64,000 bases of DNA from NCBI GenBank assembly GCA_002633005.1, contig NMRA01000137.1:124001-188000 (forward strand). Direction: 5' to 3'. This stretch comes from Phoronis australis (taxonomy: Eukaryota; Animalia; Phoronida). Below the pieces are notes generated by a model. The model did not search any database, was not told the origin of the DNA, and was given only the letters and a program-made list of their open reading frames with translations. Position 1 is the stretch's first letter; each line of letters opens with the position of its first letter. Made by a program: the position numbers and the translations under genes. Positions 62,548 to 64,000 of this stretch are shown piece after piece.

Positions 62548-62759
62548 TTAAAGAAAGTCATTTTTGCAAACACTTTAAGTCTTGCCAGCATGCCATCTGT
62601 TGGCCACATCACTTGACCTAATGAATAAGCCAGTTATTGTCAGGAATTGTCAAAAAATTATTCATTTACCATTAAACCCAGTGTAATGTAACTTGCACGA
62701 TATCATGATTTATTGTTACATTCCACAATGTCATTAAAAATCAGCAAAACTTAAGGCGA

Positions 62760-64000
62760 TTTTTATGCGCCCACATATTTATATGTGGACGCATTATGCC
62801 GTCATCTCTGTCCGTCCGTCCGGCCGTCCGTCCGTCCGGGCGGCGTCCGGCGTCCGCTGCTCTATCTCCGAAACCCTTTGACATATGTTCATGAAATTTG
62901 GCACATATGTTCCATTCATGAATGGGACAGCATGTGCGAACTTTCGGACGGATCCGACTACCGGTGTGCCCCCTAGTGGCAATTTTAGTTTTTTACGCTT
63001 ACCTTTGTATCTTCAAAAGTCCTGAACGGATTTTCATGAAATTTGGTATATAGGCACCTATTAGTGAGATGACGCTATCCTGCCGTTTTCAGATGGATTC
63101 GACATAGTTTGCGCCACCTAGTGGCCATTTTTAGTGTTTTTGAGTCTGTTTTTGTGCGTCCACCCCTCTATCAACCAAACCGCTCAAAGGATGATTGTGA
63201 AAATTGGCATGTATATGCTTACTATGTAGAGGACGGTTGACGATGATTTTCTGACGATTTCGAGTACTGTGGCGCCTCCTAGTGGCAGTTTTGTTTTTTT
63301 TGAGCCTATGGCTGTATCTCCTAAACCTTTCGCGGACGGATCCGACTACTGGTGTGCCCCCTAGTGGCAATTTTAGTTTTGTACGCTTACCTTTGTATCT
63401 TCAAAAGTCCTGAACGGATTTTCATGAAATTTGGTATGTAGGCACCTATTAGTGAGATGACGCTATCTTCCCGTTTTCATATAGATTCGACATAGTTTGC
63501 GCCACATAGTGAGTCTGTATTTTTGCGTCCACCCCTCTATCAATCAAACCGCTCAAAGGATGATTGTGAAAATTGCTGTGTATGTGCTTACTATAAGGAA
63601 GACAGCTGACAATGATTTTCAGACGATTTGGACTACTGTGGCGCCTCCTAGTGGCAGTTTTGTTTTTTTTTTGCGCCCATTGCTGTATCTCCCAAACCGT
63701 TTGCAGGATCTTTACTAAATTTACGTAGCACGTGTATTTATGTGATATTGACAACGGACGATGACTACTTTAGGATGATTCTGACTATCGGTATGCCTCT
63801 AGTGGCAATTTTAGTATTTGCCTCTAGTGGCAATTTTAGTATTTTACATTGACCTCTGTATTTTCATAGGTCTTCAGGTGTATACTTTGTGTTACTTTGT
63901 GACTATGAAGGAAAAGTTCCAAGTAGAAATTTGTTTCTGGCATTCTAATGCTGTTCTAATCTCGTATGTTGGTAAATTTGTTTTTAATTCTATGTTTCTG
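62760..64000 (+). mobile_element. Second copy of the same HINE family, truncated by the window end
   Basis: Same 5' terminus, GTCC repeats and internal array as 60020-61588, with two small internal deletions. Confidence 0.88.

Noticed and set aside
59904-63754. Several ORFs within the HINE copies (e.g. SVRPSVRP repeats)
   Set aside because: They are translations of the GTCC microsatellite and the tandem array, with no Rep/helicase motifs.

Overview
This is AT-rich, intron-rich animal genomic DNA, most likely a marine invertebrate, and not prokaryotic. Most short ORFs in the supplied track are spurious. Two spliced genes can be rebuilt by hand with consistent GT-AG sites and phases. DLD (dihydrolipoamide dehydrogenase, E3) is complete on the minus strand: 14 exons, 45093..32694, 510 aa. 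EEA1 (early endosome antigen 1) lies head-to-head on the plus strand: 18 exons, 45641..59549, 721 codons, and it continues past the window. The rest is non-coding and rich in non-autonomous transposons (HINE/Helentron-, piggyBac-, hAT-, Harbinger-, Tc1/pogo- and Kolobok-like), tRNA-derived SINE heads and minisatellites. Main findings: (1) HINE elements carry co-oriented arrays of CTCF-consensus motifs in a 145/161/144-bp higher-order repeat. (2) Tandem repeats span splice junctions and create decoy splice sites: four extra acceptors before the DLD FAD-binding exon, and extra donors after EEA1 exon 11. (3) EEA1 has three N-terminal C2H2 fingers, one on a symmetric, apparently chimeric exon. (4) The 547-bp bidirectional promoter is largely a 437-bp inverted-repeat element. 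Two N-flanked duplications look like uncollapsed haplotypes that expose structural polymorphisms.
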